Positions 9,486 through 22,295 of a DNA stretch of 64,000 nucleotides are shown piece by piece. The position numbers and the translations under genes are program-made. The notes beneath the pieces were generated by a model. The model saw nothing but the letters and a program-made list of their open reading frames with translations. It searched no databases and was not told the DNA's origin. Source of the DNA: a virus. Lineage: Duplodnaviria > Heunggongvirae > Uroviricota > Caudoviricetes. The stretch is from IMG/VR virus record IMGVR_UViG_3300045988_152699; one strand, 5' to 3'. The stretch's first letter is position 1; the number at the start of each line of letters is the position of its first letter.

Positions 9486-10386
9486 TTTCCACCTCTTCCG
9501 TGGTGTTTTCTTGCAGTTCTGTTAATGCAGCACGACATAGGTTCCGGGCATTGGCTATAGCCACACTTTTGACTTCATCCGTCATCGTGCAGGTAATGTA
9601 CTGATCGAGTTCTTCAGCGCGGATGATGCTTTTGCCAATCAGAAACTGTATTTGCCATAGCAGATCGGCATCCATAATCAGAATTTCTGCCGGGCCTTCA
9701 GGGCCAGCCGGGAAGGAAACATAAGACTGTTTGCCCAGGCCGACAACTCGACAACTTGCTTCAAGAATTGCGCGCTTGAGGTCTGACTTTATAACGGAAA
9801 CAGGTTGATTTTCACCAGTGATTACGCCGTTGACATGGAAAGGCATGTAGCTTGAAATACGCTCCACTTTCCACACGCCAGCAAGCGATCCTTCATGCAG
9901 CACAATGGGGGTAACCGCGAGTTTCATCTCACCATATAACTGCTGGCAGATAGCTGGATTGCTGAATACATCTAAAGGCTCACATTCAAACAGCGGCGCA
10001 ATCTGCATGAGGTCCATCATGGTCATCCCTGGGGTGCGAGCAGTAATGAATTTGCGCATACCAGTATCCATTGCGCTCCAGATTGCTACACCATGCTTTT
10101 TGCTCACTTCTTCAGTAAAGCCAAGGTGGCACATGATGGTTTTTTCGATAGCCAGATCGGAGATAGAAACCTTTTCGCCAGGTACACCATCATTATTGAT
10201 GGTCACTTCGACACTCTGGCCATTACGCAGGCGGTATTGAATTGCTTTAGTATTTTGTGCTGCCATAGTCTTTTCTCTGCTTAAAAACTGATGTATTGCG
10301 CCTTCAGGTGGGTCAGGAATGTTTTCCCACCAGCGAAAGCAATATCTCGGGGTGTTCTTTTCGTGAAAAGCGCGTTCCATTGCCAA
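9478..10386 (-). CDS. Hypothetical protein, possibly co-transcribed with the terminase-like paralog
   Basis: 302-aa ORF overlapping the downstream gene by 8 nt; the real start may be the internal ATG near 10266; no recognisable motif. Confidence 0.4.
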   Translation of the reverse strand: MAMERAFHEKNTPRYCFRWWENIPDPPEGAIHQFLSREKTMAAQNTKAIQYRLRNGQSVEVTINNDGVPGEKVSISDLAIEKTIMCHLGFTEEVSKKHGVAIWSAMDTGMRKFITARTPGMTMMDLMQIAPLFECEPLDVFSNPAICQQLYGEMKLAVTPIVLHEGSLAGVWKVERISSYMPFHVNGVITGENQPVSVIKSDLKRAILEASCRVVGLGKQSYVSFPAGPEGPAEILIMDADLLWQIQFLIGKSIIRAEELDQYITCTMTDEVKSVAIANARNLCRAALTELQENTTEEVESD

Positions 10387-10468
10387 CTTTGGCGTTTTTT
10401 AGCGAGTTCGTGCTTTTGTTGGCGTTTGGACCACCGCTTTTCTTTCAGTCGTTTTTTACTCATAAACT

Positions 10469-10957
10469 CTAAAACGGAATATCGTCTTCAAAGTCCATTG
10501 GAGGTTCGTTATTGGCGCTGCTCTGAGGTTTGCCGCCACCGCTGTATTGCTGGTGGTTTTGAGGTTGGTTTGACTGCCCCCAGCCATTTGAGGACTGTGA
10601 ATCGTCGCGGCGAGCGCCGATCATTTGCATGGTGCCGCCCTGGCTGACGATAATTTCCGTCGTGTAACGTTCTACACCGGCGTCATCTGTCCACTTACGG
10701 GTTTTAAGTTTCCCTTCGATGTAGACCTGAGAACCTTTTCGTAAATACTCACTCGCAATTTCAGCAAGTTTTCCGAACAAAACGACTTTATGCCATTCTG
10801 TTTGCTCTTTCTGTTGGCCTGTTTGCTTGTCGCGCCATGATTCATTCGTTGCGATGCTGAGTCTTCCGACTGCTCCGCCATTTGGTATATACCTGATATC
10901 TGGGTCTTGTCCCAGGGTACCTATCAGGATGACTTTATTTACACCGCGTTGTGCCAC
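10469..10957 (-). CDS. ssb: Single-stranded DNA-binding protein
   Basis: Close match to E. coli SSB: OB-fold N-terminus, Gly/Gln-rich linker and acidic C-terminal tail DDDIPF. Confidence 0.92.
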   Translation of the reverse strand: MAQRGVNKVILIGTLGQDPDIRYIPNGGAVGRLSIATNESWRDKQTGQQKEQTEWHKVVLFGKLAEIASEYLRKGSQVYIEGKLKTRKWTDDAGVERYTTEIIVSQGGTMQMIGARRDDSQSSNGWGQSNQPQNHQQYSGGGKPQSSANNEPPMDFEDDIPF

Positions 10958-10976
10958 TTATCTCACCTAATAAAAT

Positions 10977-10993
10977 AAATTAATTAGAGCAAT
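10977..10993 (-). promoter_or_regulatory. C1 repressor operator (ATTGCTCTAATTAATTT, 16/17 to consensus)
   Basis: Matches the 17-bp asymmetric P1 C1 operator consensus ATTGCTCTAATAAATTT; lies in the ssb/lyz intergenic region. Confidence 0.6.
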
Positions 10994-11125
10994 AATGTAT
11001 ATCTTTGAAACGTAGCTAACAAGTGATTTGCATTATCCTGTGCCTTCTAAAGGGATCGAGTCAGTCGGTATTGGCTGTGAATGGGTGTTTGTCCTGGAGC
11101 GTAAAAATTCGCTTATGAGGTCTTT

Positions 11126-11683
11126 ATGAAGGGAAAAACAGCCGCAGGAGGCGGTGCAATTTGCGCTATCGCGGTGATGATTACCATCGTGATGGGTAAT
11201 GGCAATGTGCGAACCAACCAGGCGGGGCTTGAGCTTATCGGAAACGCTGAAGGTTGCCGACGTGACCCATACATGTGCCCGGCGGGTGTATGGACTGACG
11301 GGATTGGTAATACACACGGGGTAACGCCGGGCGTGCGAAAAACCGACCAGCAAATCGCCGCTGATTGGGAAAAGAATATCCTGATCGCTGAACGCTGTAT
11401 TAACCAGCACTTCCGGGGCAAAGACATGCCCGATAATGCCTTCAGCGCAATGACAAGCGCGGCATTCAATATGGGATGCAATAGTTTACGGACCTACTAC
11501 AGCAAAGCGCGAGGCATGCGAGTAGAAACGTCCATCCACAAGTGGGCGCAGAAAGGAGAATGGGTGAATATGTGTAACCATCTCCCTGATTTCGTGAACA
11601 GTAACGGCGTGCTCCTGCGAGGTTTAAAGATTCGCCGTGAAAAAGAACGCCAGCTTTGCCTGACGGGACTGGTCAATGAATAA
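11126..11683 (+). CDS. lyz: SAR endolysin (T4-lysozyme-like muramidase with N-terminal signal-anchor-release domain)
   Basis: Gly/Ala-rich weakly hydrophobic N-terminus (GGGAICAIAVMITIVMG) followed by the lysozyme catalytic region (E…D…T spacing in ELIGNAEGCRRDPY…GIGNTHG). Confidence 0.85.
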   Translation: MKGKTAAGGGAICAIAVMITIVMGNGNVRTNQAGLELIGNAEGCRRDPYMCPAGVWTDGIGNTHGVTPGVRKTDQQIAADWEKNILIAERCINQHFRGKDMPDNAFSAMTSAAFNMGCNSLRTYYSKARGMRVETSIHKWAQKGEWVNMCNHLPDFVNSNGVLLRGLKIRREKERQLCLTGLVNE

Positions 11684-11930
11684 ACTCCGGCAGCTCCGCC
11701 GACTTTCGACAATGAAGTTATCGCTGGCGGCGATAGTTTTCGACTCGATTTTCATGGCGGTATATGTGCTCAATGAGACGTGGCCACTGGAACCGCTATT
11801 ATATGCCGGGCTTCGGCTGTGCCTGACATTTTTGAGCATGGCTGCAAGATTGATGCAGCAGAAAGAAACCGCTTCAGATTGCCCACGTCGCGCGGTGCGA
11901 AAATATATGGCACGCAGACGAAGGCGATAA
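11676..11930 (+). CDS. Small membrane protein overlapping the lyz stop (possible lysis accessory protein)
   Basis: 84-aa ORF with two hydrophobic segments and a basic C-terminus; start overlaps the lyz stop codon; followed by a strong terminator. Confidence 0.4.
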   Translation: MNKLRQLRRLSTMKLSLAAIVFDSIFMAVYVLNETWPLEPLLYAGLRLCLTFLSMAARLMQQKETASDCPRRAVRKYMARRRRR

Positions 11931-11943
11931 TAGTTAACGAGAA

Positions 11944-11970
11944 CCCCGGCAGCCGCCGGGGTTATTTTTG
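11944..11970. terminator. Bidirectional rho-independent terminator (CCCCGGCAGCCGCCGGGG plus TTATTTTT)
   Basis: GC hairpin with a T-run, between the convergent lyz cluster and pro. Confidence 0.7.
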
Positions 11971-11974
11971 ATGG

Positions 11975-14705
<2,731 letters not shown>

Positions 14706-14771
14706 TTAATTAGAATAATTCACATCGTGTTTGAACGGAATTTAACACTAGTCACTTGTTAAGGATTACCA

Positions 14772-17700
14772 ATGAACAAGCTATCTATGGGGGTGTTTCG
14801 CTGTTCAAGTGTCAGCGAAATATTGAAATACATTAGGGCAATAACATCTCACCGAGCGCCGATTAAATACGGCGTGGAAAAGGTGGAAGGCAAAAGCTAT
14901 GACCGACTGCGCCGGGAGGCGAATCAGAAGGCGATAGATTTGCTTAATTCGCTGGTGGACGGCGCGACACTGACAGATGAACAGCGCCAGATCCTGGCTG
15001 GGTACACCGGTGAAGGCGGCATTGGCGGGTCCGTCTCCGAATATTACACACCAAAGCCGATCGCTGAAGGTGTCTGGGAGATCATGAAGCTCTACGGCGC
15101 GGACGTAGGTAACACTCTGGAACCATCGGCGGGCACCGGCGTTTTTAATGAGACAAAACCGGTTGGTACGGTGATGACTGCGACTGAGATCAGCAGTGTT
15201 TCCGGTCGTATAAACCAGCTGTTACACCCGGAAGACAGCGTACAGATTTCCCCGTTCGAACAGCTGGCTGTAAGCACGCCTAACGATTCATTCGACCATG
15301 TTGTGGGTAACGTTCCGTTCGGTGGTCGTGATAACACACGCAACATCGATAAGCCTTACGCAGAAGAAACGGACATGGGTTCTTACTTCATGCTCCGCAT
15401 GCTGGACAAGATAAAGCCAGGCGGATTCATGTGCGTGATTGTGCCGCCGTCCATTGTTTCAGGTTCAAACATGAAGCGGTTACGCCTGCGCCTATCACGG
15501 AAAGCTGAATTTCTTGGTGCCCACCGCTTGCCTACCGGTACTTTTGACGCAAACGGGACCAGTACGGTCGTTGACGTGGTGCTGATGCGCAAACATCCGG
15601 CGGAGATGGCTGAGAAAATCCCCCTGGTGGATGAAGGCACTCTTGAATCGGCAAATGTGCTTTGGCCAACGTTTATTTCTGGCAAGTGGTTTGAAAAGGA
15701 CGGTCGCCGGTTTGTTCATGGCACCCAGGAGAAGGGATTCCAGGGGCGTATTGAGGTTCGTGCCGACGGGCAGATTGATAACCAGGCTCTTAAAGCGAAG
15801 CTGATTCATCGTTTCGAAAGTCGTATCGACTGGTCTTTGCTCAATATGGCTGAACCGTCACCGACCGCAGACGTTGTTGATGAAGGGGAAATGCGCCTGA
15901 TTAATGGCGTATGGCAAAAATATGCTGGTGGTCGCTGGATTGAATCTGATGCAGGGAAGGAGCTGAAGATTGATGTTGCCAGTTATGGCGCGGACAGCTG
16001 GGAGGCTCTTCAGCGTAACCTGACTACAACAGAAGGCCGTCTCGGTATGACATTTACCCAGATGGCAAATGTCCGCGATAAGTACACCACATCAATCAGC
16101 GACGATATGGTGCAGCTGGTGGACTGGATTAACAGCCAGCCTGAAAAATACCGTGAACGCTTGTATCGCGGGGCGATGATTGGCCGGATGTTAATTGAAT
16201 ATCAGGACATGAAGGCCGCCGGGCATAGTGCTGAACAAATCGAACAGCAGCGCCTTTCTCTGGTATCCCGTTTGCAGGCAGAGATTGACCGTTTTGGTAA
16301 CCCCGGTCGCGGTCCGATAGCGAAATTATCGGGGAGCGGTGCGCGCGCCTGGTTTGCTTTCCGTGGTGCAATTAAGCTGGATGGCACTATTTCTGACGAG
16401 CTGACAGGAAAACTGGTTACGCATGATTCCAGCGCCAGTTATGACTCCACCAGCTATCAGGACACCCTGCGTTATCTCTACAGTGATCTCACTCGCGATC
16501 CAATCCAGCTCGATGATTTCCGCCTTGCGTTTACCGGCGAACTGCCAGCCAGTGATGACGAGTTGCTTAATTTATTGGCCAGCACCCCTGGCATTGCGGT
16601 TTCACCGTATGGCGGGATTGTTCCGTTCGCCCGCGCCACCAGCGGCGACATTAACGAGATAGTGGCACCAAAACAGGAATTCCTTGCCACACTCCCCGAC
16701 GGTCCAGTAAAGAACAACGTCCTTAATCAGCTGGCAGCGATCGAAGAGAAGCGCATCAAGACGCCAGCAGAGAATATCCGCTTTAAGCTCAATAGCCGTT
16801 GGTTCGACCGTTCCGTCATTCTGGAATTTTTGCAGGAAAACGGCTATCCGGATCTTCGCTATGTGCAGTCAGTGCAGCTGGAAGGCGACGAAATGGTTTC
16901 TGACACCTATCACGGTGGTGATGGTCTGTTCGTCGGGCACCGATACGGTGTCGTCCAGCGCAAGGATAAAGAAACAGGCGAGATCCGCTACGAGTGGGAT
17001 CGTAAATCAGGTGAAAACGCGACCGGGTTCCCGGCACAGCTGGAAAAGTATCTCAATGGTGCGCGTATCGGTGGCAAAGATAGCGCGACGGCGAACGGCT
17101 ACCGCGAGCAGATGGCACTGCTTGAGGACCAGTTCAATAAGTGGATCAAGACGCACGATCGCTACGATGAACTGGTTGCCAAATACAACGATGTGTTCAA
17201 TAGCAATATCCCGTATGAACACTCTGGCGATCCGCTTGGGTTGAAGGGATTAAGCGGTAAGCGCCAGCCATTTGATTACCAGAATAGCGAAGTGCGCCGA
17301 CTGTCCGAAGATGGGCGCGGCATCCTGGGCTTCGGCACTGGGCTGGGTAAAACTACGACCGCGCTGGCGCTTGAGGCGTTCAACTATGAGAACGGTCGCT
17401 CCACCCGTACTGCGTATGTAGTGCCTAAATCAGTGCTGGAAAATTGGTATTACGAAGCTAAAGAATTCCTGAGTGAAGAGGCATTCAGTAACTATTTGTT
17501 CGTCGGTCTTGATGTGCTGATGGATGGCGATCAGATTCGCCAGGTGCCGGTGCTCGATGAGAACGGTAAACCTGTTCTTGGTACTGATGGCACTCCAGTT
17601 ATGCGTGATGCTCTTAAGCTGGCAGATGAAGCCACTATCACGGCGCGGATGAATGCGATCCCGCACTCAAATTACCGTGCAGTCGTGTTTACCAAAGAAC

Positions 17701-20700
17701 AATACGCCCGCATTCCGCTACGTGATGACACCGTAGATGAGCATGCACAAGACATGCTTTATGACTTCGTTGCTGCCGGACGTGTGGCCAGCGCAATGGA
17801 TTCCGATTCCCATCGCAAAGAGGCGGCGCGTCGCCGGGTATTGTCGGAGTATTCAGATACCGGTACCGAAAAAGCAGAGAAGTATCCGTACTTTGAGGAT
17901 ATGGGCTTCGACAGCGTGATCGCCGACGAAGGCCACAACTACCGCAATAGCTATAAAAATGGTCGCGAAGCGTCACAGCTGGCCTATCTGCCCACCAGCG
18001 CGGTGGCGCAATCGGCGCGAGATATGGCAATCAAAAACGCGTACCTGATGAAAAAGAATGGCGGGCGCGGACCGGTTCTCCTGACTGCAACGCCAGTCGT
18101 TAACACCCCGATCGATGCATACAACATGCTTTCTCATGTTCTGCCGAAAGAATACTGGCAGAAGATGGGGATCTACGGTCCTGATGACTTCGTTAAATTC
18201 TTCGGCAAGACCAGGCTGGAAACGGTACAGAAAATCAGCGGTGAAGTTGAAGAAAAAATGGCGCTGGTGGGCTTTGAAAACCTTGATGCGCTGCGCGGCA
18301 TATTCCATCGCTGGACAACGCTTAAAACGGCGGAAGACGTTAAGGATACCGTGGAGATCCCGGAACTGGACGAACACCAGCAGGATGCACCACTTACGGA
18401 AGAACAACTGGCGGCGTATGAAGAATTGCGTCAGCAGGCGGAAGCGGCAGCCAAAGCCAACAATGGCGTAACGACCTCGGTCAATGAAGACGGCGTGATT
18501 GAGCACGAGAAAGCCCGTCCGATCTTCTCAATAATCAGGGATATGGACCGCGTATGTACTGACATGGACCTGTACTATCGCCGGATCACCTATCGTTTCC
18601 TGCCGGAGTACGCCGATGCGGTGCAGCAGCTGGCGGACAGTTTGCCTAAACAAGCCACCAGCGAAGACGACGACAGTGATGATTCAATCACGCAGCAATC
18701 GCAATACTCCCTGATAGATAAGGGCGAGTTTATTCAGTTGCAGGTTCCGGAAGCGTTCGAGCAGGAAGTGAATAAGCGCCTGGCCAGGTTTGGCATTGAC
18801 GAACAGACCGTAACTCACCCCGTTACGCCCAAATACGCGAAGCTGATTGCCACGCTGAAGGAGTTTTTCCCGGAAGGTAAGCAAATCATCTTCACCGATG
18901 AAAAAACGCAACACCAGAAGCTCAAGCGCATTATCTGCAATGCTCTTAACCTTGAACCTTCAAAGGTGGGGATCCTGAATGCTCAGACGGTTGCCGAGGC
19001 AGGTAAAACCGGTAAGAAACTGAAAGCGGTTAAACCACCGAAAGAGCTACCGGATGAACCAACAGATGCACAGATAGCGAAATACAACGAGCAAATGGCT
19101 CTGTATGACGCCTATATCGCGCAGCAAAATGAAATGTCGTTGGGCGGTCTGGAAAAGATTGCAGCCGACTTCCAGGAGGGCCGGACTCCGATCATCATCT
19201 GCAACAAAAAGGCAGAGGTGGGTATCAACCTGCATCGAGGAACGACGGATATCCACCACCTGACGTTGCCGTGGACACCAGCCAGTATCGCACAACGTAA
19301 CGGTCGCGGTGCACGAGTTGGCTCCAACCGTGCAAGCGTTCGCGTTCACTACTACTGCGGCAAGGGGTCTTTCGATGAATACCGACTGAAGACGCTGAAG
19401 CGTAAAGCAGGCTGGATCTCCGATATCCTCCGTTCAGATAAGTCAGAAATGGAGAACGCCGACGCCAATGACATGATCGAAATGCAGATGTATACCGCGA
19501 AGGATGACGGCGAACGTCTGGCAATGATGCAGGTTCAAATGGATAAGGCGAAAGCTGCGAAACGCGCTCGCCAGAAAGAACAGGCTACTATCGACCTTCA
19601 GAACTACATCAAGGCGCAGCACGCAGCTGGTGAGGATGTGGAGGTACTTACCGCTGAATTGGAGCGAAGCAAAGCGGAACTTGAAAAGACCACCGCCGAC
19701 GTCGCCAAATTCAAACAGGCGGTAATGGCCAAAGCAGCGGATAACGCAGACTGGAAAGCCCGCTGGGGTAGCGTCCATCACACAGACCGTATGTTGTTAG
19801 CACAGTATCGCGCGTCGTTGAAAAGCGCCATTCAGCGCAAGGCTAATATCTCTCAGGCCATCTCCCGCTATGAGAAATTATTGAACCGTACTCAGAAGGC
19901 CGCGACGGATATCAAACGCCTGCGCCCGCTGGTGGAGGATGCAATAAATAAAGGCATTCTGGATGTTGATCCTGATCTGGTTAACCATGCGAATGAGTTC
20001 CTTGTTATCGGCGATCGCTCATGGCGTGTAGGCCAATACTATGATTGTGCCGGTGATATCGTTCGCATTAAGTCGCTGGACTTCGACAGCCAGCGCGCAG
20101 ACGTGGAGATCATCTTTACCTTCAAAGGCACCAAATCGGGTAACTGGGATGTGAAGACGCTGGATAAACAGGTTGATGTAACTCCCGATGAAGATGCTGT
20201 TATGCAGAAAATCAGTGGTGGCGTCTCCATCGCCGGGATTAACGACATCATTTCCTGTGACGATTTCTACCGTTTCCAGCAGCGCGGTATGATCAAAATC
20301 ACTGACTCATACGGCGTTCAGACTACAGAGTCAGGCTATAGCATTGATTTTGTTGGTTCCTATACGGCCCCACTGAAGCATGCGGTTTACCCGGATCGCC
20401 GTGACGGCGCGCTGAAGTCGTCAATTGCAAAATGGGTGCTTGGTATGATGTCGGAAGGGAATAACCGCCAGATCCGTTCGGCAGAAACATTCCTGGTTGA
20501 ATTGTTTGGCTCCAATTATGGCGATGTAATCGCGTCATACGGAGATACGCTATCCCCTGAAGCAATTCAGGAGAAAATAGCGGATGCGATCGCCAGAATG
20601 CCGGAAAAAACAAGCCAGGGGGCTACTCGTAACGGGGATTCTGAACTTGAAGTCACCAATGCTATTTTCGGTACCCATGAGTTCCGGGCGTCAGATTATG

Positions 20701-21539
20701 AGATCACCACAGCACAGTTTGGCACCATTGGCATTTACAGCAATAAAGCCGAGATCAAGCAGGCAATGGACGCAGCAAGCGCGCGCATCGCAGCAGAACG
20801 GGAAGCCAATCTGAATCATGCAGTCGCCGCGCTGACTCAATCGTGGGTAACAGCAATCAGGGAGGCCGCCACCACAGGGAAAATCACACCTGCAATAGCG
20901 GATGTCGTAAACGACGGCTCTAAATTTATGGATGCCTATCAAATGGATGCGGTGAAGTTGCCATCAGCCTATGGTCAACTCAGCTATCGCATGACCTACA
21001 ACCTGGTATCAATGTTTTCCGACCTTGCCATCCTTGGGCTGGTGGATCTTAACGAGGTTACGCCGGAATTGCTCAGCATGCGCAAGAATCATGTGGAGAT
21101 ATTGCAGAGAATTAACACGGTTCTTGCCGGGCGCACCGATGAAGAGAAACAGGCCGACGCTGATCGGATAAACCTGGCCCTTGGCAACATCACGGAGGAA
21201 GAGATTGCCGCCAGAAACGAGAAACAAGAAGAGTTATCATCAATACAGGGTGATGCCACCAGCATAGCTCAGTCTCTTGGTCTGAATTATCGCGTATCCA
21301 CCGCCGACCTGAAGATGATGTACGCACCAAAATTCGCCGCTGGCGAGGTATTTGGGCTTCAGGAAGCCTCAGGCATGAAAGGCGTTCTTTTCCGTGCGAA
21401 AGACGCAATCAAGGCGAAATTCGGCGCTCGCTGGCTGCCAGCGAAGGCGAAGAACAGCGATTTCCCGGGTAACTGGTGGATTATCGAGACAAAACACAAC
21501 GTGGCGGACGTTCTGGCCGTCATCCAACAATACGCATAA
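14772..21539 (+). CDS. darB: DarB, giant antirestriction protein with N6-adenine methyltransferase and helicase domains
   Basis: 2255 aa; N-terminal MTase motifs (EPSAGTGVF, VGNVPFG); central superfamily-2 helicase motifs (GTGLGKTT Walker A, ADEGHNYRN DEGH box); length and context match P1 DarB. Confidence 0.85.
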   Translation: MNKLSMGVFRCSSVSEILKYIRAITSHRAPIKYGVEKVEGKSYDRLRREANQKAIDLLNSLVDGATLTDEQRQILAGYTGEGGIGGSVSEYYTPKPIAEGVWEIMKLYGADVGNTLEPSAGTGVFNETKPVGTVMTATEISSVSGRINQLLHPEDSVQISPFEQLAVSTPNDSFDHVVGNVPFGGRDNTRNIDKPYAEETDMGSYFMLRMLDKIKPGGFMCVIVPPSIVSGSNMKRLRLRLSRKAEFLGAHRLPTGTFDANGTSTVVDVVLMRKHPAEMAEKIPLVDEGTLESANVLWPTFISGKWFEKDGRRFVHGTQEKGFQGRIEVRADGQIDNQALKAKLIHRFESRIDWSLLNMAEPSPTADVVDEGEMRLINGVWQKYAGGRWIESDAGKELKIDVASYGADSWEALQRNLTTTEGRLGMTFTQMANVRDKYTTSISDDMVQLVDWINSQPEKYRERLYRGAMIGRMLIEYQDMKAAGHSAEQIEQQRLSLVSRLQAEIDRFGNPGRGPIAKLSGSGARAWFAFRGAIKLDGTISDELTGKLVTHDSSASYDSTSYQDTLRYLYSDLTRDPIQLDDFRLAFTGELPASDDELLNLLASTPGIAVSPYGGIVPFARATSGDINEIVAPKQEFLATLPDGPVKNNVLNQLAAIEEKRIKTPAENIRFKLNSRWFDRSVILEFLQENGYPDLRYVQSVQLEGDEMVSDTYHGGDGLFVGHRYGVVQRKDKETGEIRYEWDRKSGENATGFPAQLEKYLNGARIGGKDSATANGYREQMALLEDQFNKWIKTHDRYDELVAKYNDVFNSNIPYEHSGDPLGLKGLSGKRQPFDYQNSEVRRLSEDGRGILGFGTGLGKTTTALALEAFNYENGRSTRTAYVVPKSVLENWYYEAKEFLSEEAFSNYLFVGLDVLMDGDQIRQVPVLDENGKPVLGTDGTPVMRDALKLADEATITARMNAIPHSNYRAVVFTKEQYARIPLRDDTVDEHAQDMLYDFVAAGRVASAMDSDSHRKEAARRRVLSEYSDTGTEKAEKYPYFEDMGFDSVIADEGHNYRNSYKNGREASQLAYLPTSAVAQSARDMAIKNAYLMKKNGGRGPVLLTATPVVNTPIDAYNMLSHVLPKEYWQKMGIYGPDDFVKFFGKTRLETVQKISGEVEEKMALVGFENLDALRGIFHRWTTLKTAEDVKDTVEIPELDEHQQDAPLTEEQLAAYEELRQQAEAAAKANNGVTTSVNEDGVIEHEKARPIFSIIRDMDRVCTDMDLYYRRITYRFLPEYADAVQQLADSLPKQATSEDDDSDDSITQQSQYSLIDKGEFIQLQVPEAFEQEVNKRLARFGIDEQTVTHPVTPKYAKLIATLKEFFPEGKQIIFTDEKTQHQKLKRIICNALNLEPSKVGILNAQTVAEAGKTGKKLKAVKPPKELPDEPTDAQIAKYNEQMALYDAYIAQQNEMSLGGLEKIAADFQEGRTPIIICNKKAEVGINLHRGTTDIHHLTLPWTPASIAQRNGRGARVGSNRASVRVHYYCGKGSFDEYRLKTLKRKAGWISDILRSDKSEMENADANDMIEMQMYTAKDDGERLAMMQVQMDKAKAAKRARQKEQATIDLQNYIKAQHAAGEDVEVLTAELERSKAELEKTTADVAKFKQAVMAKAADNADWKARWGSVHHTDRMLLAQYRASLKSAIQRKANISQAISRYEKLLNRTQKAATDIKRLRPLVEDAINKGILDVDPDLVNHANEFLVIGDRSWRVGQYYDCAGDIVRIKSLDFDSQRADVEIIFTFKGTKSGNWDVKTLDKQVDVTPDEDAVMQKISGGVSIAGINDIISCDDFYRFQQRGMIKITDSYGVQTTESGYSIDFVGSYTAPLKHAVYPDRRDGALKSSIAKWVLGMMSEGNNRQIRSAETFLVELFGSNYGDVIASYGDTLSPEAIQEKIADAIARMPEKTSQGATRNGDSELEVTNAIFGTHEFRASDYEITTAQFGTIGIYSNKAEIKQAMDAASARIAAEREANLNHAVAALTQSWVTAIREAATTGKITPAIADVVNDGSKFMDAYQMDAVKLPSAYGQLSYRMTYNLVSMFSDLAILGLVDLNEVTPELLSMRKNHVEILQRINTVLAGRTDEEKQADADRINLALGNITEEEIAARNEKQEELSSIQGDATSIAQSLGLNYRVSTADLKMMYAPKFAAGEVFGLQEASGMKGVLFRAKDAIKAKFGARWLPAKAKNSDFPGNWWIIETKHNVADVLAVIQQYA

Positions 21540-21572
21540 CAGGAGCGCCCGGTTCGCCGGGCGTCGCATAAT

Positions 21573-22013
21573 ATGGCCACACTATCTGATACAATAAAAC
21601 CGAATAAAACATATCTTGAGGCGGTACTCCGTACAGCGTTGTTAGGAAAGACAGAAGACGAATACGTTGATTTCTTCCTGTCAGGGCTACGCGGGCGATT
21701 ACTGAAAAATCCCCGCCTGTACCGCAGCTATGGTCCATACTGGCCGGAAATTAAAAAATTATTACTGGAGCGCGGTTATGGTAATTTCGGTCGTCTCGTT
21801 GACCGTGACGTTCGCAAAATTTACCGTTATGACCGCCCGGCGCTAACACTCATAGCCGCGACGCTCTACAGCCAGGAGCGTTTTGATAATGGTCAGATAT
21901 ACTCAGCCTGGCATTTACTGCCAGTGCCTGAAGAAGTTGACGACCAGGACTATGAGTTTGAGTCTTACGATTTGGAAGTTGAAGCCTTGGCACAGGCTGG
22001 AGAGAAAACTTGA
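21573..22013 (+). CDS. ulx: Ulx-like protein (downstream of darB)
   Basis: 146-aa ORF immediately after darB; assigned by synteny only. Confidence 0.45.
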   Translation: MATLSDTIKPNKTYLEAVLRTALLGKTEDEYVDFFLSGLRGRLLKNPRLYRSYGPYWPEIKKLLLERGYGNFGRLVDRDVRKIYRYDRPALTLIAATLYSQERFDNGQIYSAWHLLPVPEEVDDQDYEFESYDLEVEALAQAGEKT

Positions 22014-22258
22014 AAAAGCGATACTACACAGTAAAGCATGGGACGCTACGAGCATTACAAGAGTTTGCTGATAAGCATAACGTTGAGGTGCGCAGGGAAG
22101 GGGGAAGTAAAGCTCTGCGCATGTACCGTCCGGACGGGAAATGGCGTACGGTCGTCGATTTCAAAACTAACAGCGTTCCCCAGGGCGTCCGCGACCGGGC
22201 ATTCGAAGAATGGGAGCAGATCATCATAGATAACGCATTGCTCCTGAATGCTGATTAA
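22010..22258 (+). CDS. lxc: Lxc-like small protein (modulator of C1 repression in P1)
   Basis: 82-aa ORF overlapping the ulx stop; position as in P1; followed by a terminator. Confidence 0.45.
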   Translation: MKKRYYTVKHGTLRALQEFADKHNVEVRREGGSKALRMYRPDGKWRTVVDFKTNSVPQGVRDRAFEEWEQIIIDNALLLNAD

Positions 22259-22266
22259 ATCTTTGG

Positions 22267-22292
22267 CTATGCCTGGCTAAGCCAGGCATAGG
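22267..22292. terminator. Perfect palindrome CTATGCCTGGCT-TA-AGCCAGGCATAG between convergent genes
   Basis: 12-bp perfect inverted repeat between the lxc stop and the stop of the RelA/SpoT-domain gene. Confidence 0.5.
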
Positions 22293-22295
22293 AAT

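Noticed and set aside
15092-21408. Numerous 60-180-aa ORFs on the minus strand within darB
   Set aside because: All are embedded antisense to a 2255-aa ORF with clear MTase and helicase motifs; they are typical artefacts of a long GC-balanced gene.
14772-21539. DarB as a candidate restriction enzyme or new defence nuclease because of its MTase-plus-helicase architecture
   Set aside because: Size, operon context (ulx, lxc downstream; prt, pro upstream) and motifs match the P1 antirestriction protein DarB.
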